Below are positions 39,043 to 50,228 of a stretch of DNA of 64,000 bases, in pieces; position 1 is the stretch's first letter; each line of letters begins with the position of its first letter. Made by a program: the position numbers and the translations under genes. The DNA is from Nitrospirota bacterium (lineage in GTDB: Bacteria; Nitrospirota; Nitrospiria; Nitrospirales; NS-4), in the NCBI GenBank assembly GCA_963788195.1, contig CAWBGA010000004.1, forward strand, positions 1 to 64,000, read 5' to 3'. The notes beneath the pieces are model-generated. The model was not told where the DNA came from. It made no database searches and saw only the letters and a list, made by a program, of their open reading frames with translations.

Positions 39043-39612
39043 TTACTCAAGACGCTGTCTAATGTCGGTTCGTGTCCTGTTGCAGATTGATGGGAGGTAG
39101 ACATACCGTTGACACGCATGTCCTCCTATCATCGTTTCGCACACAAATTGAAATCCGGCGACCTCAAAAGCTCTTGAGGAGATCCTATTGTCCTGTTTGA
39201 TATGAGCGAAGATCAACCTGAGCGGGGAATGGCGGTGAAGATACTGAATGCCTATCTTAATGGCCTGTGTTGCCAAATGGCGCCCTCGAAAAGTATTGCT
39301 CAACGACAGGCCAATTTCGCCGTATTGATTGAACCGGACCTGGCCGATAGGTACCCAAACAAGGTTTTTGTTTCGGCCTTCAATGATGAGAAGACAATTC
39401 TTCTTTGAGAACAAAACTTTGCTAAACCATTTTCTAAAGCCCCCTAGCGTCGTAGGATCCTGAAGAACACTGTTGCTTCGGATCGTCGGATCGCGCGCCC
39501 ATTTGAAGAAAAGCAAGACATCACGCGGAGTGGCGCGTAGGGCTCTCAGTTCCATGGTTCCGCTATCTCTTGTCAGAATGCTAGGGGATGCTGCTGGTTG
39601 GCAGACCGTCAT
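39043..39612 (-). CDS. GNAT-family N-acetyltransferase
   Basis: PIGQVRF..EIGLSL..FRGRHLA (motif A), AHIKQDNRISSRAFEVAGF. Confidence 0.8.
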   Translation of the reverse strand: MTVCQPAASPSILTRDSGTMELRALRATPRDVLLFFKWARDPTIRSNSVLQDPTTLGGFRKWFSKVLFSKKNCLLIIEGRNKNLVWVPIGQVRFNQYGEIGLSLSNTFRGRHLATQAIKIGIQYLHRHSPLRLIFAHIKQDNRISSRAFEVAGFQFVCETMIGGHACQRYVYLPSICNRTRTDIRQRLE

Positions 39613-39662
39613 CGTTTTCAGCGCGGCGTCGTTGGCTCTCGTCTTGTCTGCCTCTTTGAAGA

Positions 39663-40107
39663 TTAGCGATGCTCACGCTCCGTGATTCTTTGCACAGATA
39701 ATGCCCCGACCCTTTGCCGATAGTCATAGAGCGCATGAAGGACGTCGCAAATAGTCTGCTTTTTCTCTGTGGCTAAGGCGGCCACTCTCTCGACACGGTT
39801 TCGTGTAGAAGAAGGCGATGTTAATTCTGCATCCCGCCTAAGGGCCATCTCATACGCAAGAAGCTCGCTTTCTTTCTGCTGCGGTATCCATCGCAATGAG
39901 CGGCTGGAGGGCAGCGAGATAGGTGAACACATCGATTCCGGCTTGTGCGGCCTCGCGGCTGATGTCGATATCAGGCGGCCATACTCCCCAGGGCCGTCCA
40001 AGCAAGTAGATTTTCTTAACTTCCTCCATGGGTAAATGCGTCTGGACGCCCAAAAACCGATAGAAGCCATGTACCGTCATTAATTCGAACAGTTCAATTT
40101 GATTCAT
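39663..40107 (-). CDS. Hypothetical protein, frameshifted
   Basis: ORFs 39850..40107 and 39663..40070 join; GAGG upstream of ATG. Confidence 0.6.
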
Positions 40108-40436
40108 ACAGACCTCAGCGTAGGCTTTCCCAGATGTCGCGCGTAATTAGTATTTGCCCCCGTGATGGGCGTCTAATCGGACTAGACCTTCTCCGAATGA
40201 TCGAGTGTCGGAGCAGCGGAGGCTAGGAAAGTGTCGCGCGAGGCAGAGTGTATGAGGCGCGCCGACTATTAGTCAGCCTGCTCTCTAAGTGTATTCATCG
40301 TACCATGTCCTGGAGAATAGAGTCTTTCTTTCTTTTCTGCCCGGGAACCTTAATATATCTCTATGAAATTGCGGCCTGTTTGCGGTGGGGACCAAATTAA
40401 TGCACCTTTTCGGTTGATAAGGGTTCATGATAGCGC

Positions 40437-40622
40437 ATGCAATTTAATTTCGAGAGTTGGTCTGCCTGGGAGCAGACAGGCCGGAAGGGCTGCACAGTCG
40501 GCGTTGCCGCATCCCAACTCGGCACCAGTCGTCAGGTAGTACTAAAACTTTTGAAGGCGGGCCGTCTTGATGAGATTAGAATCTACGAAGCCGGGAAGCA
40601 TGTGGCCACCCTTGTCCGATGA
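40437..40622 (+). CDS. Small excisionase/MerR-like HTH protein
   Basis: TVGVAASQLGTSRQVVLKLLKAGRL pattern; 3' end may be extended by an indel. Confidence 0.45.
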   Translation: MQFNFESWSAWEQTGRKGCTVGVAASQLGTSRQVVLKLLKAGRLDEIRIYEAGKHVATLVR

Positions 40623-40659
40623 TAGAAAGCGGATCATGACGCTGACTCAGCCCCGCCCT

Positions 40660-41077
40660 TTATTTCTCTTTAAGGGTTTCCAATAAAAGATTAAGCTTCT
40701 CCGAATCGATCGGTTTCACCATGTAGCTGACGGCGCCCAGAGTAAAACTCTCGTCAAGATCCTGCTCAGCTTCTGAGTTTGTCAGGATTACTACGCGTAC
40801 CCCGCTTCTTGCTTAGTTCTGGAGACAACTCTTCGAGCATCTCCAAGCCTCCTTTTTTGGGGAGGGCTAGGTCAAGCAGTATCAAACGTGGCGCAGGCGC
40901 ATTTGTATAAGGTGCCTGACGCTGCAAAAAAGAGATGGCTTCCGCACCATCTTTAGCCACGCTCAAATTGTACGGGAGTTGAGAGTCCTTGAATACTTCC
41001 TTGACGAGTCGTACATCGCCCGGATTGTCCTCTACGAGGAGAACTTCAATTGGATCCTGACCGTTGTTATCCGCCAT
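40660..41077 (-). CDS. Single-domain response regulator (Rcp1-like), frameshifted
   Basis: VLLVEDNPGDVRL, LILLDLALPKKGG; second frame VVILTNSEAEQD..SYMVKP. Confidence 0.85.
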
Positions 41078-41194
41078 TGTGGATGCCCCCTGGATTTTTA
41101 TCTGTCGCCGGCTCTTGCTTGTAAGCCCGTACCGTCGGGATGTCAATTGCACTCTTTTGTAGGGGCACTCGGGCAATGCAGCTAAATTACCGCT

Positions 41195-41798
41195 CTACAG
41201 ACGCAACAATTGGACGAGAATTCCGGTGCGGGTACGTGGTCTTCGTTTTCTCCATAATATGCTTGATATGTTCCTTAACGGTTTGCTCGCGGACGCCGAG
41301 CGAATTCCCTATTTCCCTGTTGGTCCAGCCCTTAAGAAGCTGTTGGAGGACGGTCACTTCGCGCACAGTCAGATGGAACCGCTCCTTGCTCTGTTCTAGA
41401 ATGCCATGCTTTCGGCGCCCCAGGACTTCTATGGTGAGGAGGATCTGTGCTTGTTGTGGATTCTCGTGATTCGGTAAACCAACCCCAGAGATTAGGATCG
41501 GCCGCGGGCAATTCGATACCACGTCTTTGACGCGGAATTGCTCCCAGTCTTTCGCATGGGTTCGTCGCCGCATCTGCGTTTTAACCTCGTTACACACAGC
41601 CACCACTCGTCCAGGCAGAATGTCCCTGTGCTCCGGTACGTCAAGCAGACTGATTTCCTTGCATAGTTCCCATGCTTCGCGATCCTGATAGACCAGTCTT
41701 CGGGATGAATTAAAAACCATGATCCCCGGACCCGCGCGTTTTTCAGCGATATGCCGGAGATCGATTGCATCGTTTTGGCGGTCATCGCTCAACGGCAT
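41195..41798 (-). CDS. LuxR-type HTH regulator (paralog 1), indel near C-terminus
   Basis: FHLTVREVTVLQQLLKGWTNREIGNSLGVREQTVKEHIKHIMEK. Confidence 0.88.
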
Positions 41799-42022
41799 TG
41801 CACGCCGTCTCGGTGTTCGGAGAAGCTCAATGGCCCGAGCCTCAATGCTTGGGCCCAAGCTTTCCGCCCGATCAGCCAGCATAGTAGTACTTACTTGTAA
41901 TAAACTTGCGGATAAAAGCTGAAGTTATGAGCGGTGAGCCAAAGGCCATAATCACAAGAGCAAGACAATTACGAGTTTGTCTACTGAAAGCCCGGCGGGT
42001 AGGCTTGCGGGCGTAAGTTACA

Positions 42023-42640
42023 TTACAATCGCAGGACTTGCACGAGAATGCCGGTTCGAGTCGTGGTCTTGGTTTTTTCCATGATATGTTTGATGTGTTC
42101 TTTGACAGTCTGTTCGGTGACTCCCAATTCGTTGGCGATTTCCTTATTGGTCCACCCTTTCAATAGGTTCTGAACAACGGCAACTTCTCGTTCAGTCAGA
42201 TGAAATAACTCCTTGGCCTGTTCAGTGACCGCTTCCTGGCGTCGGCCAACCTCTTCCATGGTAATGAGAATCCTGGACTGTTGAATCCCGGTGCGGTCCG
42301 GTAGTCCGACGCCCCGAAGCAGTACAGGCCGCTTGGGATCACCGATGATTCGTTTGACGCGAAAATGCTCCCAGTCCTTGGCTTCAGTGCGAATCTGAAG
42401 GGTTTTCATGATCTCAGAGCACAGTTCGGCCACGGCCGGAGGCAATACTCCGTTCGCCGTTTTCCCGTTCTGTGCCTTATTGATTTGTGCACAGAGCTCC
42501 CACGTACGGCGGTCACGATACAGTAACTGCATAGAAGAGCTTAAGAGAAGAATGCCGGGCCCGGCACGCTTCTCAGCTATACTCTCGACGTGGTTGTCAG
42601 AGGAGGATTCATTAAGCGCCGGCGACTTCCTAGCCCTCAT
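42023..42640 (-). CDS. LuxR-type HTH regulator (paralog 2)
   Basis: FHLTEREVAVVQNLLKGWTNKEIANELGVTEQTVKEHIKHIMEKTKTTTRTGIL. Confidence 0.92.
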   Translation of the reverse strand: MRARKSPALNESSSDNHVESIAEKRAGPGILLLSSSMQLLYRDRRTWELCAQINKAQNGKTANGVLPPAVAELCSEIMKTLQIRTEAKDWEHFRVKRIIGDPKRPVLLRGVGLPDRTGIQQSRILITMEEVGRRQEAVTEQAKELFHLTEREVAVVQNLLKGWTNKEIANELGVTEQTVKEHIKHIMEKTKTTTRTGILVQVLRL

Positions 42641-43022
42641 GTTCCCCTCCCGCGTGACGCGCACAAATAAGCATAAATTTCCTGAAACATAAAATTCAAG
42701 TGGAATTATTAAGGATCTAAACGTACCAACATTAAGCTAGTCACAGGGGGAGGTCAACCCCGCCTTCCGTACTGGCTGGTATACAGGATCGGTATTGTTG
42801 TAATGGGCACTTTCTTATAGTTTCCCCACGTTACGCGCTTCGTGTTCCCTGGCATTGCTCCCTAGGCTGTTTGATGGAATTTTCACTTATCGAAGGAAGC
42901 CAGTTTGTCAACAATGAGATCGCCTCTTGTTGATGGGCTCGGATCTCCCGCCGGGTTCGGCGTAAACACTTTTCAAGGCAGGAGAGAAGGCAATGATCCC
43001 ATCACTTTATAGGGGACATCAT

Positions 43023-43731
43023 ATGAAGATGCTTGCTATCTGTTCAGTCGTCGTGCTGTCCATTGCGTTGGCCGCTTGTCCAGGCTTCGCTCAGAGCGGC
43101 AACACAGTCAAGAAACCCCGTGCCACCGAGGCTGCAGTTGAGCACTCCAGTACCTGCTGCCCCTCAGGCGACGGATAAATCTTCACTCGTAGAGAAGTCC
43201 TCGCTCATCGTGACCCGGGATTACATTATCGGTCCGGAAGATATGCTTGAGGTTACGGTTTGGCGAAATCAGGATCTCTCCAGGCTTGTGCAGGTGCGAC
43301 CCGATGGAAGAATTTCTCTCCCTCTGATCGGTGACGTCACAGCCGTAGGTAAAACACCCACTCAACTGACTACAGAGATATCCATGAAGTTGAAAGAGTA
43401 CAAAGAAAATCCTTCTGTGGCAATCGTTGTGAAAGAGGTTCTTAGCTATGCGATTTACGTGATGGGAGAGGTGGGACGACAGGGAAAGTATCCGTTGAAA
43501 ACGAAGACGACGCTTCTACAGGGGATCACGATTGCCGGAGGGTTCACCCCCATCGCCGCTCGAAACAGGCTTGTCGTGTTCCGCTTCAATGACAATGGCG
43601 CCGCTGGCAGCGAGAGATTAAAGGCAAGTTATGATGACATTGTCCTGCGTGACGGCAGCCAGCAAAACATCGAGTTAAAACCGGGCGACACCATCGTGGT
43701 GCCATCCGAAACGATGGTGCTTCTGCCATGA
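43023..43731 (+). CDS. Polysaccharide export protein (Wza-like, Poly_export + SLBB), frameshift after signal peptide
   Basis: YIIGPEDMLEVTVWRN, VRPDGRISLPLIG, IAGGFT, LKPGDTIVVP. Confidence 0.9.
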
Positions 43732-43780
43732 TGATTTTCAACAACACAGGCTTTCGCTAAGCCGCCCTCGGCTCTCTGGC

Positions 43781-44368
43781 TTGTTAGTCACGCTGATGGT
43801 TCTGGTTGGCAGTATCGGGTGTCAGAAAACATTGCCCGCAAGAGAACCGATAGAGAGCCGAACGGTCACGACTGAATTTCTATTGGGTCCGGAAGACGTC
43901 TTGGAAGTAGTGGTCTGGCGAAACCAAGATCTTTCGCGTGTGGTCGTTGTTAGACCCGACGGGATGATTTCCATGCCTATCATTGGAGACGTTCAGGCGG
44001 CCGGTCTGACGCCCGATCAACTGGCGGAGCGGATCACAAAGCGTTTAAAGGACTTTAAGGAAAACCCCAGCGTTTCGGTAAGCGTTAAAGAGGTGAACAG
44101 CTATACCGTCTTCTTGCTTGGAGAAGTCGCTAAACCAGGGAAGTACCAGCTCAAGTCGTATACGACGATTCTTCAAGCCATCTCCATGGCGGGCGGGTTC
44201 ACCCCGTTTGCCGCGAAAAACAAACTTCAAGTTGTCCGACACATCACGAATGGGGATGGCGCCTGGCATGAGGTCCGGTTGTCAATGCCCTACGACGATA
44301 TCCTCAGTGGCCGAGGGGATCCCGAGTATTTCATGCTCAAGGCTGGCGACACGATAGTTATCCCTTAA
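43781..44368 (+). CDS. Second Wza-like polysaccharide export lipoprotein
   Basis: Lipobox SIGC; LGPEDVLEVVVWRN, VRPDGMISMPIIG, KAGDTIVIP. True start is probably near 43728-43731. Confidence 0.9.
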   Translation: MLVTLMVLVGSIGCQKTLPAREPIESRTVTTEFLLGPEDVLEVVVWRNQDLSRVVVVRPDGMISMPIIGDVQAAGLTPDQLAERITKRLKDFKENPSVSVSVKEVNSYTVFLLGEVAKPGKYQLKSYTTILQAISMAGGFTPFAAKNKLQVVRHITNGDGAWHEVRLSMPYDDILSGRGDPEYFMLKAGDTIVIP

Positions 44369-44412
44369 AAAATGGTTTGTTGCACCCGCGCAGCGGCGGA
44401 ACGAAAGGAAAG

Positions 44413-46676
44413 ATGAATCCATCGTTACCTTTGACGGTCTCTGATTATTGGCATATTGCCACAAAGCGAAAGTGGATCATCATTGGATCCATCCTGACGG
44501 CACTCGGCATCGCCGGTCTTCTGTGCCTGTTTCTACCCAAGAGCTATCGTTCTAATACGTTGATTCTCGTGGAGACTCAAAAGATTCCAGAGGATTACGT
44601 CAAAGCCATAGTCGGCGGCACAATCGAAGAACGGCTCATCATGATTAAACAGCAGGTGATGAGCAGGACGCTCCTCAGTCGGGTCGTGGATCAGTTCAAG
44701 CTATATGGGGATGACGTCCATAGTCAGGGCTTTGAGGACGTCATCGACAACATGCGTAGTAATATCAAAGTCGATACGGTTGGTACCGGCCGTGGTGGCG
44801 GCAGGATCGAGGCGTTTTCAATCTCCTACAGCAATCACGATCCTATGGTGGCAATGAAGGTGACATCGAAGCTCGCATCCCAATTCATTGACCAGAACCT
44901 GCGCGTAAGGGAACAGTTTGTCGAAGGCGCGTCGGAATTTTTGGAACAGGAGTTGGCCAAGTCGAAAGCCGGTCTGGAAGCATTAGAACAAAAAATCAGC
45001 GACTATAAACAAAAGCACATAGGGGAGCTGCCTCAACAAATGGAGGCGAATTTACACGCTCTGGATCGAATTCAGAATGAGCTGATTCAGTACGAATGAA
45101 TCTATCGAAACGGTTACGGACCGCATCGGGCTCATCGAGAAGGCCATCCGGGATTATGAGACTACGGGCGCGACAACCGCGGGCTTAGGCGGAGGTGCTG
45201 ACCCACTCGTTGGGAGGTTGCGGGAGCTGGAGCGGACCTTGTCGTCTCTCTCAGGGTACAAAGAGAACTATCCCGATGTGATCCAGACCAAACAGGAGAT
45301 CGCGCAGGTGAAGGCGCAGCTTCTCGAGAAACATCGCATGTCCGGCCAGGATATTGACGAAGAAACTGTGAAGTCTTTCGACGGCTATCTCAATGGCCTG
45401 CTGCGGCAGCGCGACGACGCGCGAATAGAACTCGCGAGCGCTTAAGGATCGCCTGGTGCGCCTAAACGCCGCTATGCACAAATATGAATCCCGTGTGGAG
45501 CGCGCGCCAACGCTCGAGCAGGAACTTATGATCCTGATCCGCGATTATGACAACGGCCAGAGGAGTTACCAGTCGCTCTTGGACAAGAAAATAAACGCGA
45601 ATGTGGCCGAGAATCTGGAGAAGCGCCAAAAGGGCGAACAGTTCCGGATCATTGACCCTGCGAACCTTCCGGCAAAAGCCGGAAAAGCCCGATCCCATGC
45701 GCATCATGCTGATGGGCCTGGCCATGGGTTGTGGTGTCGGATTCGGCGGTGCTTTTGTCCTCGAGCAGATGAAGCTCGCCTTTCGCAGGCCCGAAGATGC
45801 CGAGCTATTGCTTGGGATCCCTCTCCTCGCCGCGATCCCACACTTTCAGACCGCGTATGGCGGAACAAGCACCGCGCTGCCGGCGCCGTCGAACAACCAT
45901 GAGGCCGATCTCGATTCGCCCAGTAACGCAGGAAATGGCACTGGTCAATGGAAAAAAGGGACGATTATGGCGATGGGCAGGACCGAAGAATGGCAACGGT
46001 AGGGAGTCGCTGCCGCCCGAGTTCAACCTCGTGAGCAAATGGAGACCGACGTCGCTGGTCGCCGAGCAATTTCGTGTTGCCGCCACTCGCTTGACACTCA
46101 TGTCCGAGGAAGGAAAGAACCCGGTGATCGTTATCAGTAGCGCAGTCAAAGGCGAAGGGAAATCCGCGTCCGCTGTGAACCTGGCATATACCCTGGCCCG
46201 GGACCTCGGCAAGACTACACTGTTGATCGATTGTGATTTGAAGAGCCCTTCACTACATGCGTACCTAGGCGCAGAACTCGAGCCCGGACTCGCGGAGGTC
46301 TTGCGTGGGACGCATACGTCTCGAAGATAGTATTCATCCCCTGGAGAAGTGGCCCTTATGGCTGATGCCGGCAGGCAATCAGGAGAATGGGCCGGTTGAG
46401 CTCTCAAAGGTGCATCAGCTCGCAAAGATTCTTACCGAATTACGCCGACGTTTTGACTACATTATTTTGGATGCCCCGCCCATCTTGCCGCTCGCCGATA
46501 TGAATGTCCTCGCAAGAATGGCAGACGTCCTGGTGCTTGTGATCAGGGCGGAAACAACAGAGCGTGAGGTGGTGCAAAAGGCCCTCAACTCATTGAAGCC
46601 CACCATTCAGGCGGGGATACTCCTGACTGGGGTATGGACGAAGGGCATTCCCTATTACATGGTGGAAGCGCCATAA
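44413..46676 (+). CDS. Wzc-like polysaccharide co-polymerase/BY-kinase, several frameshifts
   Basis: N-terminal TM and PKSYRS, coiled coil, FRIIDPANLP, second TM, AEQFR, Walker A GEGKS, LLIDCD, IILDAPP, across six ORF pieces. Confidence 0.85.
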
Positions 46677-46732
46677 GCGGCTTCGGTTCACGAGCCGAGC
46701 GCACTCCTTCGCGGATAACAGCATGCAGATGG

Positions 46733-47758
46733 GTGTGGGAATCAAGACGGCCCTCGACTAAACCATTGGACTTCGACGCCATGGCACGCGCCTGTTGATT
46801 TTGGGTACGGGCGAGTTTGCCAAAGAACTGGCTCAGGTTTTGATCGCCAAACGCAAGCCTGGCTATAAAGTCATCGGCTTTCTGGATCGAGATCCGAAAC
46901 GGGTCAGGCGAACCGCTGGTCAATCCCGGCATTATTGGCGCATATGATGACCTGTTCGAGATCGTCGAACGCCACAGCATTACCAAAATCGCCGTGTGTC
47001 TTGGATGATCGGCGCGGGGAGATGCCTGTTGAGACGTTGCTGGATTTTAAGGCGATTGGCATTGAGGTCGTCGAGGGACACGCTCTGTACGAACAAGAAA
47101 CGGGAAGAATGTCGATCGATCTGGTGAAGCCCAGCGCCTTGATTTTTTCGGCGGGGTTCCGCAGGCGAGCGATGGTGATGGGACTTAAGCGCACTGATGG
47201 ACTGCCTCATTGCGCTTCTGGGCCTGCTCGTTTTGGGGCCACTGGTTGGTGTGGTCGCGCTTTTGCTCAAATTCGACTCGCCTGGTCCGGTGTTCTATAA
47301 GCAGACTCGCATTGGGCGAATGGGGGTGCCGTTCACGCTTTGGAAGATTCGTTCGATGCACACGGCCGCGGAGGAAAGTGGTGTTCAATGGGCCGCGCAG
47401 GATGACCCGCGGATCACGCGGCTTGGCCGCTGGCTTCGGAGATGGAGGATGGATGAGCTCCCGCAGCTCATCAATGTGCTCAAGGGAGAAATGAGCCTGG
47501 TCGGACCGCGGCCGGAACGCCCCGCGTTTGTTAAAAAGCTTCGAGGGGCGATTCCTTATTATGACTTGCGGCACACACTCAGGCCGGGAATTACGGGATG
47601 GGCGCAGATCAAGTTTCGATATGGCGCCTCTATCCAGGATGCACACGTGAAGCTGCAGTATGATCTGTACTACCTCAAGAATCTGTCGTTGGCATTGGAC
47701 TTTCGAATTCTTTTGACGGACGATACGAGTTGTGCTCTTGGGTGCAGGAGCGCGCTAG
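46733..47758 (+). CDS. Priming sugar (phosphoglycosyl) transferase, PEP-CTERM/XrtA-associated type, frameshifted
   Basis: [11 protein letters not shown] (manual), [64 protein letters not shown]; likely true stop TAG at 47756. Start uncertain (in-frame TAA near 46769). Confidence 0.85.
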
Positions 47759-47799
47759 AATCTCGCGTAATATTTAATCCTGATGTGGATGGGGATGAC

Positions 47800-48688
47800 G
47801 TGACTGCCGAGTTGTTGCTGAGTTTTCATGTCGAGGAGCATTTTCATGCCGTCGCGTTCGATTCTCCTATGCGCCGCCGCCACTGGGACCAATGTGAAAG
47901 CCGGGTTGAAAAGAACGTCGCCAAGCTTCTGGATATATTGGCAGAGCACGGTGTCACGGCGACATTTTTTGTCTTGGGGTGGATAGCGGAGCGACATCGC
48001 GGCCTTGTACGACTTATCGCCAGGGAAGGGCATGAAATTGCCTCCCATGGTTATGCCCACGAGATTGTGACCGCCCAGACGACGAACCAATTTCGGGAAG
48101 ACATTAAAAAAACTAAGCAGATCTTAGAGGATCTTACCGGGCAGCCGGTCTTAGGGTATCGAGCGCCTGGATGTTCTCTTACATCTGAAACATACTGGGC
48201 GCTGCCTATCATTGTGGATGAGGGGTACACGTACGATTCGAGTCTATGTCGCCTGCCTAAGGAAAGTGTACGGTATGCACAATGTTCACGGTTGGATTTC
48301 AGCAGTGGATCGCTGTGGGAGATACCTCTTTACTCTCTCAAGATTGCGGGGGTCGCACTGCCCGCTGATGGTTTTTCAATGAGGCTCCTTCGTTACCCCA
48401 TGCTCAAGAGGGCGCTTAAAAGTGCCAAAGCCAACTATGAATCCGTACGTGCAGCTGCGCGCGTGGGAGTTCGATCCCGGCCAACCACGAATGAAAGGCC
48501 ATTCGCTGGCGCTTTTTAAACAGTACTATAATCTCAATAAAGCTGAAGATCGACTGAGGCGATTGCTTAGCGATTTTCAGTTTGTTCCTCTACGCGATGC
48601 AATAAGCTTTGAGGAAGTCACCAACTCGACAAGCCTGGCTATCTCCCCGGCCACGCCCTCCCGGATTGAAATTAACACCATACCTTAA
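47800..48688 (+). CDS. XrtA-type polysaccharide deacetylase paralog with altered catalytic motifs, one frameshift
   Basis: SFHVEEHF, ATFFVLGWIAE, HEIASHGYAH, GYRAP, YDSS, LRAWEFDP. Confidence 0.8.
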
Positions 48689-48739
48689 TTAAAGGCTCCG
48701 CGAGTTTAGTGGCAGGGGACGGTTGATTTGAGGTGCAGG

Positions 48740-49636
48740 ATGGGCTCTCTGAATGCTTTAACGTTTGATGTCGAAGATTACTATCACGTTTCTGCATTTC
48801 GGTCACGTGCGCCTATAGCGGCTTGGGGTCAGTATGAGAGCCGAGTCGAACAGAATACGAACAAGTTACTCGAGATTCTCTGCACGGCCGGCGTCCGCGC
48901 CACATTTTTTGTTCTCGGATGGGTCGCTGAGCGTCACCCGCGTATGGTCAAGGCAATCCATCAGGCCGGTCATGAAGTATCATGCCATAGCTATACGCAC
49001 GACATGCTCACTGAACTAAATCCAGAAAAATTTCGTGAAGACATACGGCGATCCAAGGGCATCCTGGAAGACCTCATTGGAACCAGGATCCTAGGTTATC
49101 GCGCCCCAAGTTTCACGATCGTAAAAGACACAATGTGGGCTCTTCCGATATTGGTAGAAGAGGGTTTTTACTATGACTCCAGCATCTTTCCGATCCGGCA
49201 TGACCGGTATGGCATGCGTGACGCGGATCCATTGTGTCATCGCTTGTGTACCAACGCGGGTTTTCTCTGGGAAGTTCCTCCTACGACGGTGAAAATAGGA
49301 CCGGTGCGATTACCCATAGCCGGAGGGGGCTATTTTCGGTTTTTCCCATATAGAATTCTTCGTCGATTATTACGACACGTAGAGCGCCAAGGTGTGCCCT
49401 TGGTTATGTATCTGCATCCTTGGGAGCTCGATCCGGACCAACCGCGCATTTCGGCTTCGCGGCTCGCGCGGTTTCGCCATTACAACAATCTTGATAAGAC
49501 AGAGAAACGTTTGATTCAGCTTCTTCAGGACTTTCGTTTTGGTCCTATCTGCGAGGCGATCGAGGCGATTGCCAAATTGGTGAAACCTGATCCTTTGGGG
49601 ATTGAAAGGTGCGGAAATGCATTGGTACGCAGTTAG
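48740..49636 (+). CDS. XrtA/PEP-CTERM-associated polysaccharide deacetylase (DUF3473)
   Basis: TFDVEDYY, CHSYTH, GYRAPSF, AGGGYFR, YLHPWELDP. Confidence 0.92.
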   Translation: MGSLNALTFDVEDYYHVSAFRSRAPIAAWGQYESRVEQNTNKLLEILCTAGVRATFFVLGWVAERHPRMVKAIHQAGHEVSCHSYTHDMLTELNPEKFREDIRRSKGILEDLIGTRILGYRAPSFTIVKDTMWALPILVEEGFYYDSSIFPIRHDRYGMRDADPLCHRLCTNAGFLWEVPPTTVKIGPVRLPIAGGGYFRFFPYRILRRLLRHVERQGVPLVMYLHPWELDPDQPRISASRLARFRHYNNLDKTEKRLIQLLQDFRFGPICEAIEAIAKLVKPDPLGIERCGNALVRS

Positions 49637-50108
49637 CGTTAAACCTCATCATGAGACGCAGGCGCAGTGCAGCCTGGAGCGGCTCAAGGTGGAAATCTTT
49701 TGCCCTCAGATCAAGCGTATGAGGGTCATACGCCGAAAACATCAAACCACCGTCAATCCTCTATTTCCCGGCTATTTGTTCGCCAGATTTAATTTTCAAA
49801 AGGATCATCGGGCCGTCTCCTATGCTAGAGGCGTGCGAAAGATCGTGGAATTTGGCGCAACTCCGTCTGCCGTTGATGAGGAGATTATTGCGGCGATTAA
49901 AGGCAGAGTTGAGGACGGGTATGTGACGGTCCCCGCTGCCTGCTTCAGCCCTGGGCAAACCGTTCGTATTATCGACGGTCCTCTCCAAGGCCTGCAGGCG
50001 ATTTTCGAGCGGGAGATGAGCGACCACGAGAGGGTCGTCTTACTACTTAGAGCTCTGTCATATCAGGCGCGTGTCATTGTCGATAGTCAATACGTTGTGA
50101 ATCTATAA
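49617..50108 (+). CDS. RfaH-like NusG-paralog antiterminator
   Basis: WYAVSVKP, PLFPGYLF, RGVRKIVEFG, KOW-like GQTVRIIDGPLQGLQAIF. Confidence 0.9.
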   Translation: MHWYAVSVKPHHETQAQCSLERLKVEIFCPQIKRMRVIRRKHQTTVNPLFPGYLFARFNFQKDHRAVSYARGVRKIVEFGATPSAVDEEIIAAIKGRVEDGYVTVPAACFSPGQTVRIIDGPLQGLQAIFEREMSDHERVVLLLRALSYQARVIVDSQYVVNL

Positions 50109-50216
50109 GACGGATCCGAGCCGTCCGGCTTGTCCATGTCAATGGATGAGCTGTTCTGTACATAGCTGGTCGGGCAGCAAAAAATCAGCCGGGGCAGACC
50201 CTACTTGCACCGGAAT

Positions 50217-50228
50217 GGCGGTAGCCTG
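50217..50228 (+). promoter_or_regulatory. ops-like element
   Basis: GGCGGTAGCCTG, an exact match to GGCGGTAGnnTG, 108 nt after the RfaH-like gene on the non-template strand. Confidence 0.65.

Noticed and set aside
47197..48519. Sugar transferase-deacetylase fusion (440-aa ORF)
   Set aside because: Removing one base near 47718 restores the normal ending [15 protein letters not shown] (47756); the fusion is probably an indel artefact.
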